Source: Promethearchaeota archaeon (GTDB lineage Archaea; Asgardarchaeota; Lokiarchaeia; Sigyniarchaeales; SOKP01). Taken from it: a stretch of 64,000 nucleotides of DNA. Location: contig JAEOTZ010000056.1 of assembly GCA_016839585.1 (NCBI GenBank), forward strand, positions 19,967 to 83,966, read 5' to 3'. A model generated the notes under the pieces. That model saw only the letters and a program-made list of their open reading frames with translations, was not told the DNA's origin and searched no databases. A program made the translations under genes and the position numbers. Below are positions 1-9,293 of this stretch, one piece after another (the first letter of the stretch is position 1; each line of letters starts with the position of its first letter).

Positions 1-22
1 AGAACAATCTTATTATAAGTAA

Positions 23-502
23 TTAAAAATTATCTATTTCTCCGAGTATTGGTTTTTTTTCTTTTTCTATATATTTTTTCCGATTTTCTTCTATTTTAAA
101 ATCTCTCTGTGATTCTTCTAAGAATACAAGATCGAAAACTTCCTTTAACGCTACACAGATTAGCATTGCTTCTATAAGAGAAATCAGAAATGCCATCATT
201 ATTTCTAAATTATGTAAGTTTTTAAAGAAAATTGAAATAAAGAAAAAGAAATGAGGAGTATAAAGAATGGTAACTATTCCTAATCTTTTTCCAAATCTAA
301 TAATATTTTTATTCTCTAATTTAAAGACTTTTTCTAATCGAATAACTTCCATTAAGTAATATATACAAAACACTATATTTATAAAACATAGAATTACAAT
401 AAAATCTCTATCATGAGGATCCAATGCAATATAGGGTTTTAGAATAATTGATCCTATCATAAAAGTTAGTGAAAATAAAATTAAAACCAATCCTAAGGAC
501 AA
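23..502 (-). CDS. Hypothetical 4-TM membrane protein
   Basis: ORF with four hydrophobic segments and a charged C-tail. The frame is open upstream to an SD-like GGTGA near 540, so the true start may be at 532. Confidence 0.7.
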   Translation of the reverse strand: MSLGLVLILFSLTFMIGSIILKPYIALDPHDRDFIVILCFINIVFCIYYLMEVIRLEKVFKLENKNIIRFGKRLGIVTILYTPHFFFFISIFFKNLHNLEIMMAFLISLIEAMLICVALKEVFDLVFLEESQRDFKIEENRKKYIEKEKKPILGEIDNF

Positions 503-706
503 TAACCCATCATGAAAATCTTTATAATCTAAAGTATTATCACCTTAAATTAGAATGTAATCTTTCTCCAAATTGCTTAATACAATTAAAACTTTAATTT
601 TGATTTATATTTAGATCAAACCTTAAATCAAATAAAACTGCTTCTAATTAATATCATTTAATGATTAATTATGGTAATTTTTATTTTAGGGAAACTTTAT
701 CTAATT

Positions 707-988
707 ATGTCTATCACAAAGGAGCAAATTGCACTATTGCTTTATATTAAAAATATGCTTGCAGATTTAATCTATATTAATGGTGTAATTGCAACAGAAT
801 TAATTAAAGTAACAGAAAATACAGCTGTAATTCGTCGTGGAGAAGAATTTTTAAGTACAACTAATTGTCTTGCAGAGCATAAAGAACTAAACGAAAAAAT
901 AATTGAGATAGTTAAGAAATATAAGAATCCTGAGGATTTCATAAGCCTAGAAAAACATGTATTAACGCATTTAGACAATTCTGAATAA
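707..988 (+). CDS. Hypothetical protein
   Basis: ORF 671..988; likely start MSITKEQ at 707; co-oriented with the iscU-like gene. Confidence 0.6.
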   Translation: MSITKEQIALLLYIKNMLADLIYINGVIATELIKVTENTAVIRRGEEFLSTTNCLAEHKELNEKIIEIVKKYKNPEDFISLEKHVLTHLDNSE

Positions 989-1046
989 ATTAAAATAGAT
1001 TTTTATCCAAAAATTCAAATATTAACAATAGAGGTATAATTAATTT

Positions 1047-1487
1047 ATGTCTAAGGATGATTTTGATGAATTTGTTAATAAACTTCAAAAAGAGATTATT
1101 GACAAAGAGCTTAAGGAATTTAATGAGAGAATTATAGAATTGTTCCATAATCCGAGAAATTGGGGTAAACCACCCAATGATGAAATAACTGAAAGCCATA
1201 TTTATGAGGGTTCTTGTGGAGATACTATGCAATTTTTTTTAAAAATCAAAAATAATAAAATTGAAAAAGCTAATTTTATTACTGATGGATGTGGTGCTAC
1301 TGTTGCATGTGGAAGTCAAATAACTATGCTAATCGAGGGGAGATCGTTGGAATTTGCTGAAAATCTAAAATCAAAAGATATAGAAATGGCTCTAAATGGT
1401 CTTCCAGAAGATCATAAACATTGTGCTGAACTAGCTATAAGAACTTTAAGAAGGTTAATTGAAAAATATAAATATAAAAAAAATTAA
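1047..1487 (+). CDS. iscU: IscU/NifU-like Fe-S cluster scaffold protein
   Basis: HNPRNWG, SCGD, DGCGAT and KHCAELA motifs carry the three conserved Cys. Confidence 0.9.
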   Translation: MSKDDFDEFVNKLQKEIIDKELKEFNERIIELFHNPRNWGKPPNDEITESHIYEGSCGDTMQFFLKIKNNKIEKANFITDGCGATVACGSQITMLIEGRSLEFAENLKSKDIEMALNGLPEDHKHCAELAIRTLRRLIEKYKYKKN

Positions 1488-1496
1488 TCTTGTTTC

Positions 1497-2219
1497 ATGA
1501 TGGAAGATATTATAATTGAAAATATTGATATTCCTGTAAATTCAGGTAATATCAATCTTAAAGGTTCAATATATTATACCTTAGATACTCCATCAAAAGC
1601 TCCTTTTATTGTGATTTTAGGGGGTCTAAGGGATCATAGAGAAACTCCTTTTGTAAAATCTTATACTGAAAAATTTGCTAAAGCAGGATGTTATGTTCTA
1701 TCCTATGATTATCGGGCTCATGGAGAAACTAAAAAACAGACAGGTTCAATATGGTATAAAATGGTTTTACAAATATTTTCAGATATTCACTTAGTAATTG
1801 ACTGGATTATAGAGAAGCAATTCAATAGGCTTTTGGAAGAAAAAATATTTTTATTTGGCAGAAGCATGGGAGGCGCAATAATATTAACCCATGGGTATAC
1901 TGATCATAGAGTGAAGAGGAACATAGCCCTCTGCACAAGATATGATTATAGCACGACTACAATAAAGTTTCAAGAAGATATTATCAAAAAAATAAGTCCT
2001 AAATATTTTTTAAAAAAAGATCCTTTAAATAAAAGAATATTGATCGCGCATTGCAAGGATGATCAAAGAATCCCATTTGAAAATTTTTTTCAAATAAAAA
2101 AACAACTTGGATTAAATGATGAAAATGCAATTGAGTTTGATACTGGAGGACATTCTTTTAAAGGTCATCGAGAAGAAATTTTTAAATATTCTATTGAATT
2201 TCTAAAAGAGTTAGAATAA
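1497..2219 (+). CDS. Alpha/beta-fold hydrolase
   Basis: YDYRAHGE, nucleophile elbow GRSMGG, DQRIP and GGH catalytic-triad motifs. Confidence 0.85.
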   Translation: MMEDIIIENIDIPVNSGNINLKGSIYYTLDTPSKAPFIVILGGLRDHRETPFVKSYTEKFAKAGCYVLSYDYRAHGETKKQTGSIWYKMVLQIFSDIHLVIDWIIEKQFNRLLEEKIFLFGRSMGGAIILTHGYTDHRVKRNIALCTRYDYSTTTIKFQEDIIKKISPKYFLKKDPLNKRILIAHCKDDQRIPFENFFQIKKQLGLNDENAIEFDTGGHSFKGHREEIFKYSIEFLKELE

Positions 2220-2270
2220 AGAAAATTATAAATTAAAAAATGATAATATAATATTAAAAGGTGAAATTAG

Positions 2271-3173
2271 ATGGAAAAGATCTTAATCGTAGGACCCGCA
2301 TCTCAAATCCTTGGAGTAAAAATCGCAAAAGAGTTAGGAATTGAAGCAATAAATACTGAAGTTAAGAAATTTCCAGATGGGGAAAACTACCTAAGAATTA
2401 ATATTGAGGATGAAACTATAATAGCTGGAAAAGAAGTTATTATTATTCAATCAACAGGACCTAGTTCGAATAATAATCAAAATGCCAGATTAATGGAACT
2501 TTTTATGATGATTAATTCTGTTAAGCGTATGGGCGCATCAAAAATCATTGTTGTTGTACCCTATCTTGCATATGCTCGCCAAGATAAAATATTTAGGCCA
2601 GGAGAAACTCAATTTGGTCATGTTATTATACATATTATTAATTCCTTAGGTATAGATGAATTTTATACTGTAGATGTTCACGCTCCAGTGATTTTAGAGA
2701 AATGTTCATGTAAAGCAATTAATATTGACTCAATGAAACTTCTAGCAGATAATATAAAAACTCTTGGAGCAGAAGATATCGTTGTAGTATCACCTGATAA
2801 GGGAGGAATTGAGAGATCAAAAGCTTTTGCAAAATATTTTGGAGAAAGTGTTCCTGTTGACGTGTTCGAGAAAAGTAGAGATGTAAAAACAGGTGAAATT
2901 AAGATGTCAGGAAAGTTGAGCCTTAAAGGTAAAGATGTTGTTATTGCAGATGATATTATTGCAACAGGAGGTACTATGGCGACAGCAATTAAATTAGCTA
3001 GAGAAAGCGGAGCAAAAAGAATTTATGCTGTAGCTACGCACGCATTATTGTTAGATCAAGCTAAATATCGAATATTGAAAGCAGGCGCAGATAAAATAAT
3101 TGGTACTGACTCAATTGATAATGAAGTAAGTACAGTTTCTTTAGCAAAAATAATTGTTGATTATTTAAAATAG
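2271..3173 (+). CDS. prs: Ribose-phosphate pyrophosphokinase
   Basis: KFPDGE, PYLAYARQD, VSPDKGG and DDIIATGGT motifs; GGTGA SD 6 nt before ATG. Confidence 0.95.
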   Translation: MEKILIVGPASQILGVKIAKELGIEAINTEVKKFPDGENYLRINIEDETIIAGKEVIIIQSTGPSSNNNQNARLMELFMMINSVKRMGASKIIVVVPYLAYARQDKIFRPGETQFGHVIIHIINSLGIDEFYTVDVHAPVILEKCSCKAINIDSMKLLADNIKTLGAEDIVVVSPDKGGIERSKAFAKYFGESVPVDVFEKSRDVKTGEIKMSGKLSLKGKDVVIADDIIATGGTMATAIKLARESGAKRIYAVATHALLLDQAKYRILKAGADKIIGTDSIDNEVSTVSLAKIIVDYLK

Positions 3174-3185
3174 AGTATTTTTACC

Positions 3186-3728
3186 TTAATAGTTATGAAT
3201 TAAATCTAAAACTAATTTTCTAATTCTTTCTTTAAGATCTTCCTTAGTTGAATCATTTTTAATTGTGTAATCTGCATTATTTAAAACCTCTTCAAGACCA
3301 AATTCGATTTCTCTCTTATCTCTATCTTTTAAATCATCAATACTTTTTGGATCATCACTTCGAGCTCTTTCAAAAAGTCTTTTAAACCTTCTTTTCTCTT
3401 CTAGAACTATAGCAATTATAGGAAATTTCCAGTGTTTTCGAAAAACCTTTACTTCAGCCATAGATCTCAATCCGTCAATAAAAATAATGTTATTATATTG
3501 CTTATTTATTAAGTCTACACATTTTTCAGCAATTATATTAGGACCGTTATTTAACCTCAATTCCTTAGCAATTTTGCCTAAATTTTCACTAGTAGGTTCA
3601 AGCTTTCTTTTCTTTGCCTCATTTCTAATAATATCACCCATTATAATGACAGATCCTAAATTTCTTATTGCATCTATCGCTGTACTTTTACCAGCACCGG
3701 GAAGACCGCAAATAGCTAGTACTTTCAT
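3186..3728 (-). CDS. UPF0200-family nucleotide kinase (archaeal dephospho-CoA-kinase-like)
   Basis: GLPGAGKS P-loop, MGDIIR, DGLRS, RSDD and RDKREIEFG motifs. Confidence 0.85.
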   Translation of the reverse strand: MKVLAICGLPGAGKSTAIDAIRNLGSVIIMGDIIRNEAKKRKLEPTSENLGKIAKELRLNNGPNIIAEKCVDLINKQYNNIIFIDGLRSMAEVKVFRKHWKFPIIAIVLEEKRRFKRLFERARSDDPKSIDDLKDRDKREIEFGLEEVLNNADYTIKNDSTKEDLKERIRKLVLDLIHNY

Positions 3729-3826
3729 TTTTAAAGAAATTGGACATTAAAACAATTTATATATTAAATCTTTATTTAAATTCTATATAGAATAAGAAAT
3801 AAAGTTTTAAAAAAAAAAAGGAAATA

Positions 3827-4948
3827 ATGAAAAAGAAAAAGATAGATCCTTATTATTCACCTGCTCATTTGACATATAAAGCATATAGAAAAATTTGTGG
3901 TTATGCTATAAGATATGCAAATGATCATTTAGATGAGAGTAAATGGCGTGAAGTATATGGTATCTTAATAGGATCAGTAGAAAATGAAGCTGAAGTTAAA
4001 ATAAAAGATGCAATTCCAATGGTAGTTGGAGATAGAGCAGGTGTAAAATATGAAAATAAACAATACGTTGATATGGCACAAATTGATGCCTCAGTCTTTG
4101 AAAGATCTATCCAAGATAAAAGAAATGATTTTATAATTGGTTGGTGGCATACACATCCAGGTTTTGGTTTTTTTTATTCTCCAATTGATTGTATGACTCA
4201 ATTAGGTTACCAAATCCCTAATCCTTACGCTCTTGGATTAGTCTTTGATCATTGTGAAAGAAAATCAGATTCACATTTTTTAGGAGTAGCTGGGTTAAGA
4301 TTAAAAGATCCAAATAGAGGCATTTCTTCTACTTATAATCTTATCGAATTGAAATACGAGTTAAAGAAGGAAATAATGCTTAAAAATTCTGAAAAAGAAA
4401 TAGATAAAATCAATAAAAATATGAAGAAAGTAATAGAAGAAGTTAATTATATTGATCAGACACTCCGTAAGAAAGCACTGGCTCAATTACAAAGAAATTT
4501 TGGATTAATTTTAGTACCTAAGGAAGATATTGTAGTGACTGATAATGAACAAGAAGCTGGGGAGGATGAACGATATCTATATGAGTGGGATCCTGCGTTT
4601 TTCAAAAAATCATATCGAATTCCTAAATTTAGGGAAAAGATAGAGAAGGTAATATCAGATATTTACGACGAGTTGGATGAATTAATCGAAAAGAATGAGC
4701 ATGAAAAATATAAGTTAAGAAAAGAAAAACTGCAAAAAAAAGTCCAAAATATGTTAAAAAAACCTAATGAATGGTATGAACGATTAATGGAGGATTTTTC
4801 TAAAAGAATAGAAGTGATATTTCCCTATTACGATTACTTAGATACTAATGAGAGAAAAGTAATTGAATATTTTGAAGAAAGAAGTTCTGAGTATAATAAA
4901 ATATTGGAAGAGCTAAATTCTCGAGTAGAACTAAATTTTCTCGCCTAA
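3827..4948 (+). CDS. MPN+/JAMM metalloprotease (Rpn11/CSN5-like) with helical C-terminal extension
   Basis: EVYGILIG, then WWHTHPGFGFFYSPID, which is an intact H-x-H-x7-S-x2-D JAMM motif. Confidence 0.85.
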   Translation: MKKKKIDPYYSPAHLTYKAYRKICGYAIRYANDHLDESKWREVYGILIGSVENEAEVKIKDAIPMVVGDRAGVKYENKQYVDMAQIDASVFERSIQDKRNDFIIGWWHTHPGFGFFYSPIDCMTQLGYQIPNPYALGLVFDHCERKSDSHFLGVAGLRLKDPNRGISSTYNLIELKYELKKEIMLKNSEKEIDKINKNMKKVIEEVNYIDQTLRKKALAQLQRNFGLILVPKEDIVVTDNEQEAGEDERYLYEWDPAFFKKSYRIPKFREKIEKVISDIYDELDELIEKNEHEKYKLRKEKLQKKVQNMLKKPNEWYERLMEDFSKRIEVIFPYYDYLDTNERKVIEYFEERSSEYNKILEELNSRVELNFLA

Positions 4949-5163
4949 TTTATTTAAATTAATTTCTTAAAATATCTTAATTAGATATTAAGAACATTCG
5001 ACAGATTTAGAAATTTTTCAAATCTTATTTTAAAACTTAAATATTTCGAGATCATATATCAGTTTAAGAATTTAACAAAATTTTATATTAATTGGAGTAT
5101 TAATTGATATATCATACTTCTTTTAAATTAATTAGAAAATATTTTTACCAATGATATTCTATC

Positions 5164-5490
5164 ATGGCAAATGAGACAACACTCATCATAAAGAATAGAG
5201 CTGAAAAAGAAAAAACAATAAAAAATGCGATTTTTGCATTATCGGGTGGGAAAAAAGCCCTTTTGATAAAAGGAGAAGGAGAAGAAATCAGTACAGCTGT
5301 AGAAATTGCAGAAATTCTTAAGCATAGAATGTATCCTAGTGTAGAAATCGCCAATGTGTCTTTAGGGAGCCGTCCATTTTTTAACAAAGGACAAGGAGGA
5401 AACTACAATAGAAAAAATAGAAATAATAAAAACAAAAAAGATCTTATTTCTAAAATTGAAATTACGCTTAAAATGAAATCATATATTTAA
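5164..5490 (+). CDS. Alba DNA/RNA-binding protein
   Basis: IKGEGEEISTAVEIAEIL and ISKIEITL resemble the Alba KARG..IS.AVDVAE and S.IEI.L motifs. Confidence 0.75.
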   Translation: MANETTLIIKNRAEKEKTIKNAIFALSGGKKALLIKGEGEEISTAVEIAEILKHRMYPSVEIANVSLGSRPFFNKGQGGNYNRKNRNNKNKKDLISKIEITLKMKSYI

Positions 5491-5494
5491 TTCC

Positions 5495-5665
5495 ATGACT
5501 TCTAATTTTAAACACTTAGGTCCATTATTAGAAGAAACACGTACTCAAGCAGTTTGTGAGATATGTAAGAATTTTATTTATAAACGTGTTTATTTCGATG
5601 AAAATTCTAAGGAAAAAAGAAAAATTGTCTTTGTTTGCAAAAATTGCTTAAATAATAATGAGTAA
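5495..5665 (+). CDS. Small Zn-ribbon protein (56 aa, missing from the ORF track)
   Basis: ATG 4 nt after the Alba stop; MTSNFKHLGPLLEETRTQAVCEICKNF...VFVCKNCLNNNE with two CxxC pairs. Confidence 0.65.
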   Translation: MTSNFKHLGPLLEETRTQAVCEICKNFIYKRVYFDENSKEKRKIVFVCKNCLNNNE

Positions 5666-5684
5666 TAACTTAAAATCTTCTGTT

Positions 5685-6470
5685 TTAACGTTCTTTAGCT
5701 TTTATTTTACTTCTTTTATCAATAAACTTATTCCAATCAAATGCCAGAATGAAAAACATGATGGTAAGTGTAGCTATAAGCATTAAAGCTTCAGTTATCA
5801 CGCTTGAAACATCATTAAGTTCGACTTCAGAAGCAGAAATTCCTAAATTAATCAAAATAGGAAGAAAAACATAAAATAAGGTTGTAAAATTTTTACCAAT
5901 CCATCCAAAAAGAAGACACTTAAAAAAATTTATTTTTTCCTTTGACATTCCTAAAGCTATCCATAGCGGATCATCTGGAATTGGAAGAGCTGCTGCTATG
6001 AATATATATAGATACATACTTTTTGGATGTTCTAAAACTAATCTACCAAACCCTTGAACATTTTCTAAAGTTTTTGATTCTGATATTGAAGCCATTTTCT
6101 GAGCTCCTCTTCCCAATAAAAAACTTGTAAGTTCACCTAAAGCAGCACCTAGCCCACCAGCGATCCCAAGACCAAAGATTAGTATTAAACCACTATGCCC
6201 AAATTCTGTGATGATTGAATTTGAAAAGAAAAAGAGTATAAAGGGAAATGGCACAGGAAATCCGATACTAGCACTTCCAAGAAGACAAATAATAAGGGAG
6301 ATAAATAGTGCCCAAAAATAATTTGTACCTTCTGTTATATACGCTAATTTTTGTCTTGAATTATTAATAGCATCTTGAAAATCAGGGACAAATAAATATA
6401 ATAATAAGTAAATTATAACGCAAACATAAAATAGTAGAAATACAATTGAAAGTCTTCTCGAAACAGCCAT
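5685..6470 (-). CDS. DedA/VTT (SNARE-associated) family membrane protein
   Basis: GAALGELTSFLLGRG and AALPIPDD motifs; multiple TM helices. Confidence 0.8.
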   Translation of the reverse strand: MAVSRRLSIVFLLFYVCVIIYLLLYLFVPDFQDAINNSRQKLAYITEGTNYFWALFISLIICLLGSASIGFPVPFPFILFFFSNSIITEFGHSGLILIFGLGIAGGLGAALGELTSFLLGRGAQKMASISESKTLENVQGFGRLVLEHPKSMYLYIFIAAALPIPDDPLWIALGMSKEKINFFKCLLFGWIGKNFTTLFYVFLPILINLGISASEVELNDVSSVITEALMLIATLTIMFFILAFDWNKFIDKRSKIKAKER

Positions 6471-6496
6471 GTTTAAAACTAAATTTTTTGTTTAAT

Positions 6497-6883
6497 CTAT
6501 ACTCTAAGAATTTTAGTATTTAATCCATTCCTTGCTTTTAATAATAATTCGAGATTACTCATAACTTTTCCTACTATATTTACCTTATTTGACATTTCAA
6601 GAGCTTCTATAATTATTATTAATTCATCGGTTTTAGGATTATATACAATATCCCCCTCTTTCACTTCTGAAACTGATTTATTATTTAGTCCTTTATAAAT
6701 TTTTATACCTGGTAGTGTCCAGTATTTTTTAGAACCAAAGCTAAATCGTCCACGAAGAATAATTGGCATTTTATTAATTATAGCGTCTGCAGAAAAAGGC
6801 GATAGGTGTCTTTTAATTTGTCCTTTTAGCGTTCCAATGCCGTATAATTCAATTTTAATAGGTATTTGTCCTTGATCTGTCAT
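6497..6883 (-). CDS. Cyclophilin-like fold protein (TM1367/DUF369-like)
   Basis: LSPFSADAIINKMP, VKEGDIVYNP and VNIVGKV patterns. Confidence 0.6.
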   Translation of the reverse strand: MTDQGQIPIKIELYGIGTLKGQIKRHLSPFSADAIINKMPIILRGRFSFGSKKYWTLPGIKIYKGLNNKSVSEVKEGDIVYNPKTDELIIIIEALEMSNKVNIVGKVMSNLELLLKARNGLNTKILRV

Positions 6884-6990
6884 ATTTTATAAATAAAGTA
6901 AATACAGATTTATATATTGTTTCAAAATGAAAATTATTTTAAACTTCAAAAATTGTGCTTTAAAGGTATGAATATGCTTTAAATTTTAAT

Positions 6991-7005
6991 AAAAACATTT
7001 AAATA
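6991..7005 (+). promoter_or_regulatory. Putative BRE-TATA promoter for the 7030-7495 RNA
   Basis: aaaaaca-TTTAAATA ends about 25 nt upstream of the 5' arm of the terminal stem. Confidence 0.4.
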
Positions 7006-7029
7006 GTCAAATTGTTATATATTTAATTG

Positions 7030-7495
7030 GATGGATAATAGGTCTAATAATGCATTGGAGTAGTTACATAAAATCAAATCAAATAACAACAAATTTGTAA
7101 CAATATTTCTAATGTAATCGTTATTTCCGACAATATTTTTTTATTTGATATCTCAAGGAGTAAATAAATACTCTGTATCTTTTCTAAAGTTATTTCATGA
7201 TGTTCCTGTAGTATCTTATACAGTAGAACTAAATATAAACATCTAAGCGAGCAGTTTTAATGGATTTACGCTTATATTACTGATGAAAATAGAGATTCAC
7301 ACACTTTGTTACTCAAATTCTTGTCGAGCGTGTATTTTTTTTTTGAAACACGAGACATTAAAACAGAGTCTAACATTAAAAAATGTGTGCTAAAGAATAG
7401 GAGCTTTGATTACAGATTTGTTTCATATGGGTATAATATCGTTAATTCCTTACTTACTACAAATCTGAGTAATATCTGAGTTCCTATTGTCCATC
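7030..7495 (+). ncRNA. Candidate large structured non-coding RNA (family unassigned)
   Basis: No plus-strand ORF in the track. 13-bp end-to-end stem (7030-7042 with 7483-7495), many internal helices with G-U pairs on the + strand, upstream TATA and an 11-T tract directly after. Confidence 0.5.
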
Positions 7496-8376
7496 TTTTT
7501 TTTTTTAATATTATAATTAGACAAATCCAATTTAGAATCAATATCATAAAATTCAAATCTATTATCAATTTCAACGGCAATTATTTTTTCTCCATTATTA
7601 ATCATATAATTAATAATTTCCCATATTGTGTTTACTGAGACTTTTCCTTTTAATTTTAAAAACTCACTCACTATTTTGAAATTAAATAAGAATACTGGTA
7701 TTGCTTGCCTTATAAACTCTATATCTTGAAAAACTCTCAAATCTTCTTGTTGAATTGCTCTTAAAAAGGTTTTCGAATTTTTTCTTTCAATTTGGATAAT
7801 TGATATGAACTTGGGGGATTTTTGAATAATCTTGTTATGTTTTTCTTTTAAAATATTAACTTTTATTTTTCTGTAAAAAATTATTGGATATTCTTGAATG
7901 AGATTAGAATTATTCATTAGTGTAATAATAAGTTCATTTAGAAGACTAAACTCAAATATTGTGTCTCCAGGAATTACGAGAAATAGATTACTTTTCTTAA
8001 AAATCATATTATTCTTAGTTATAGATAAGAATGAATATAAAGGACCTAACTTATAATCAATACCTGAATCAATAATTAATAATCTAGCTGTTAGGTATTT
8101 TTTTGTTTTTTTAAGTGAAGAAATAAATTCATCAATTTGATATCCTAAATGTCCTTTAATTACTGCTATTTGGTTTATTCCTAGCTTTATAAAATTATTT
8201 ATGGTATGATGTAAAATCGTACTATTATTTAAAGATTTAATTTTCAATAATGGTTTTGGTATATTTTGAGTGATTTCCTTGAAGCGTGTTCCCTCTCCTG
8301 CGCATAAAATAATAATTGAGATTTTACTTCGAATTTCATTCTTCAGTGGTAACAATTGTATTCCCTTCCTTATCAA
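7450..8376 (-). CDS. Sugar-phosphate nucleotidyltransferase (NTP_transf family)
   Basis: IILCAGEGTRF...PKPLL, PGD and FYDID motifs; start uncertain because it overlaps map. Confidence 0.8.
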   Translation of the reverse strand: MIRKGIQLLPLKNEIRSKISIIILCAGEGTRFKEITQNIPKPLLKIKSLNNSTILHHTINNFIKLGINQIAVIKGHLGYQIDEFISSLKKTKKYLTARLLIIDSGIDYKLGPLYSFLSITKNNMIFKKSNLFLVIPGDTIFEFSLLNELIITLMNNSNLIQEYPIIFYRKIKVNILKEKHNKIIQKSPKFISIIQIERKNSKTFLRAIQQEDLRVFQDIEFIRQAIPVFLFNFKIVSEFLKLKGKVSVNTIWEIINYMINNGEKIIAVEIDNRFEFYDIDSKLDLSNYNIKKKKMDNRNSDITQICSK

Positions 8377-9253
8377 TTACTATTGTGTGCTCTTGTTGAG
8401 CTACGGGTTCACGAGTTCTTTCTATTAAAATAGGATATTTATCAAGGATTTGTTTTCTTAGAAAATCATTAACAATTCTCATTATTCTATTCTTAGGTAT
8501 TAAATTGTTATTTTCAATCCATCTTGGTGAAAATGGAAGTCGTCTAAAGTTTTTTTCAATTTTATTCATATAGTTTTGTAGCTCATAGGGCATATTTTTC
8601 TTTACTTTTTTAACAAATCGATATATATAGGCATGATCTCCATTTTCAACTAATCCTTCTCCTGAAGTTGCAAATGGTTCACATGCAAATGCATCTCCAG
8701 ATTTTAATATATTGTTATGCCTTTTTTCCAAATAATTTGGTATAAATGGGCCTGCATGGAGATTATATTGCTTCAATTCATGACCGCCAAGATTTCTAAT
8801 TGGTTTTAAGCCATAGCTTTTAATTTTATCTTCAATTGCACCTCCTAACTCATATAATTTAGTACCAGGCTTAAATAGAGCAATTGCAGCTTCAAGACCT
8901 TCTTCTGCCGCATCTATATAATTTTGTAGCTTTGGATCTCCATCAATATTTATTGTAAAAGCAGAATCTGCTATATAACCGTTAAAGTGAGACCCCAAAT
9001 CAATTTTTAACAAACCTCTTTCTGGAACAATAGTATCATCATCAATTGGCGGACTATAGTGGGCAGCTATCTCATTTAAAGACATATTAATAGGAAAAGA
9101 CAAATTTGCACCGTTTTTTATAATTTCAGCTTCACATTTATTAGCAATTTCTAAAAACAATGCACCAGGATGAATAATTTTTCTTGCTAACTTCTTGGCA
9201 GCTATTACTGCTTTTCCAGCCTTAATATAATCTTGAATATAATCTTCACTCAT
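8336..9253 (-). CDS. map: Methionine aminopeptidase type II
   Basis: AAHYSP, KIDLGSHFNGYIADSA, NLGGH, LHAG, CEPFAT and QQEHT motifs. Confidence 0.95.
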   Translation of the reverse strand: MSEDYIQDYIKAGKAVIAAKKLARKIIHPGALFLEIANKCEAEIIKNGANLSFPINMSLNEIAAHYSPPIDDDTIVPERGLLKIDLGSHFNGYIADSAFTINIDGDPKLQNYIDAAEEGLEAAIALFKPGTKLYELGGAIEDKIKSYGLKPIRNLGGHELKQYNLHAGPFIPNYLEKRHNNILKSGDAFACEPFATSGEGLVENGDHAYIYRFVKKVKKNMPYELQNYMNKIEKNFRRLPFSPRWIENNNLIPKNRIMRIVNDFLRKQILDKYPILIERTREPVAQQEHTIVIDKEGNTIVTTEE

Positions 9254-9293
9254 AATTTAAATATTAATAAGGTTATTTTTAGATTTTAAAAAA

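Noticed and set aside
7030-7495. Multi-intron tRNA (including tRNA-Sec), RNase P RNA, SRP RNA or 5S rRNA
   Set aside because: No TTCRA T-loop could be rebuilt; no GAGGAAAGUCC-like P4 strand; no CAGG-GNRA-AGCA helix 8. Only fragmentary SRP-like words (UGUAAUC, CCUGUAG) were found, so it is left unassigned.
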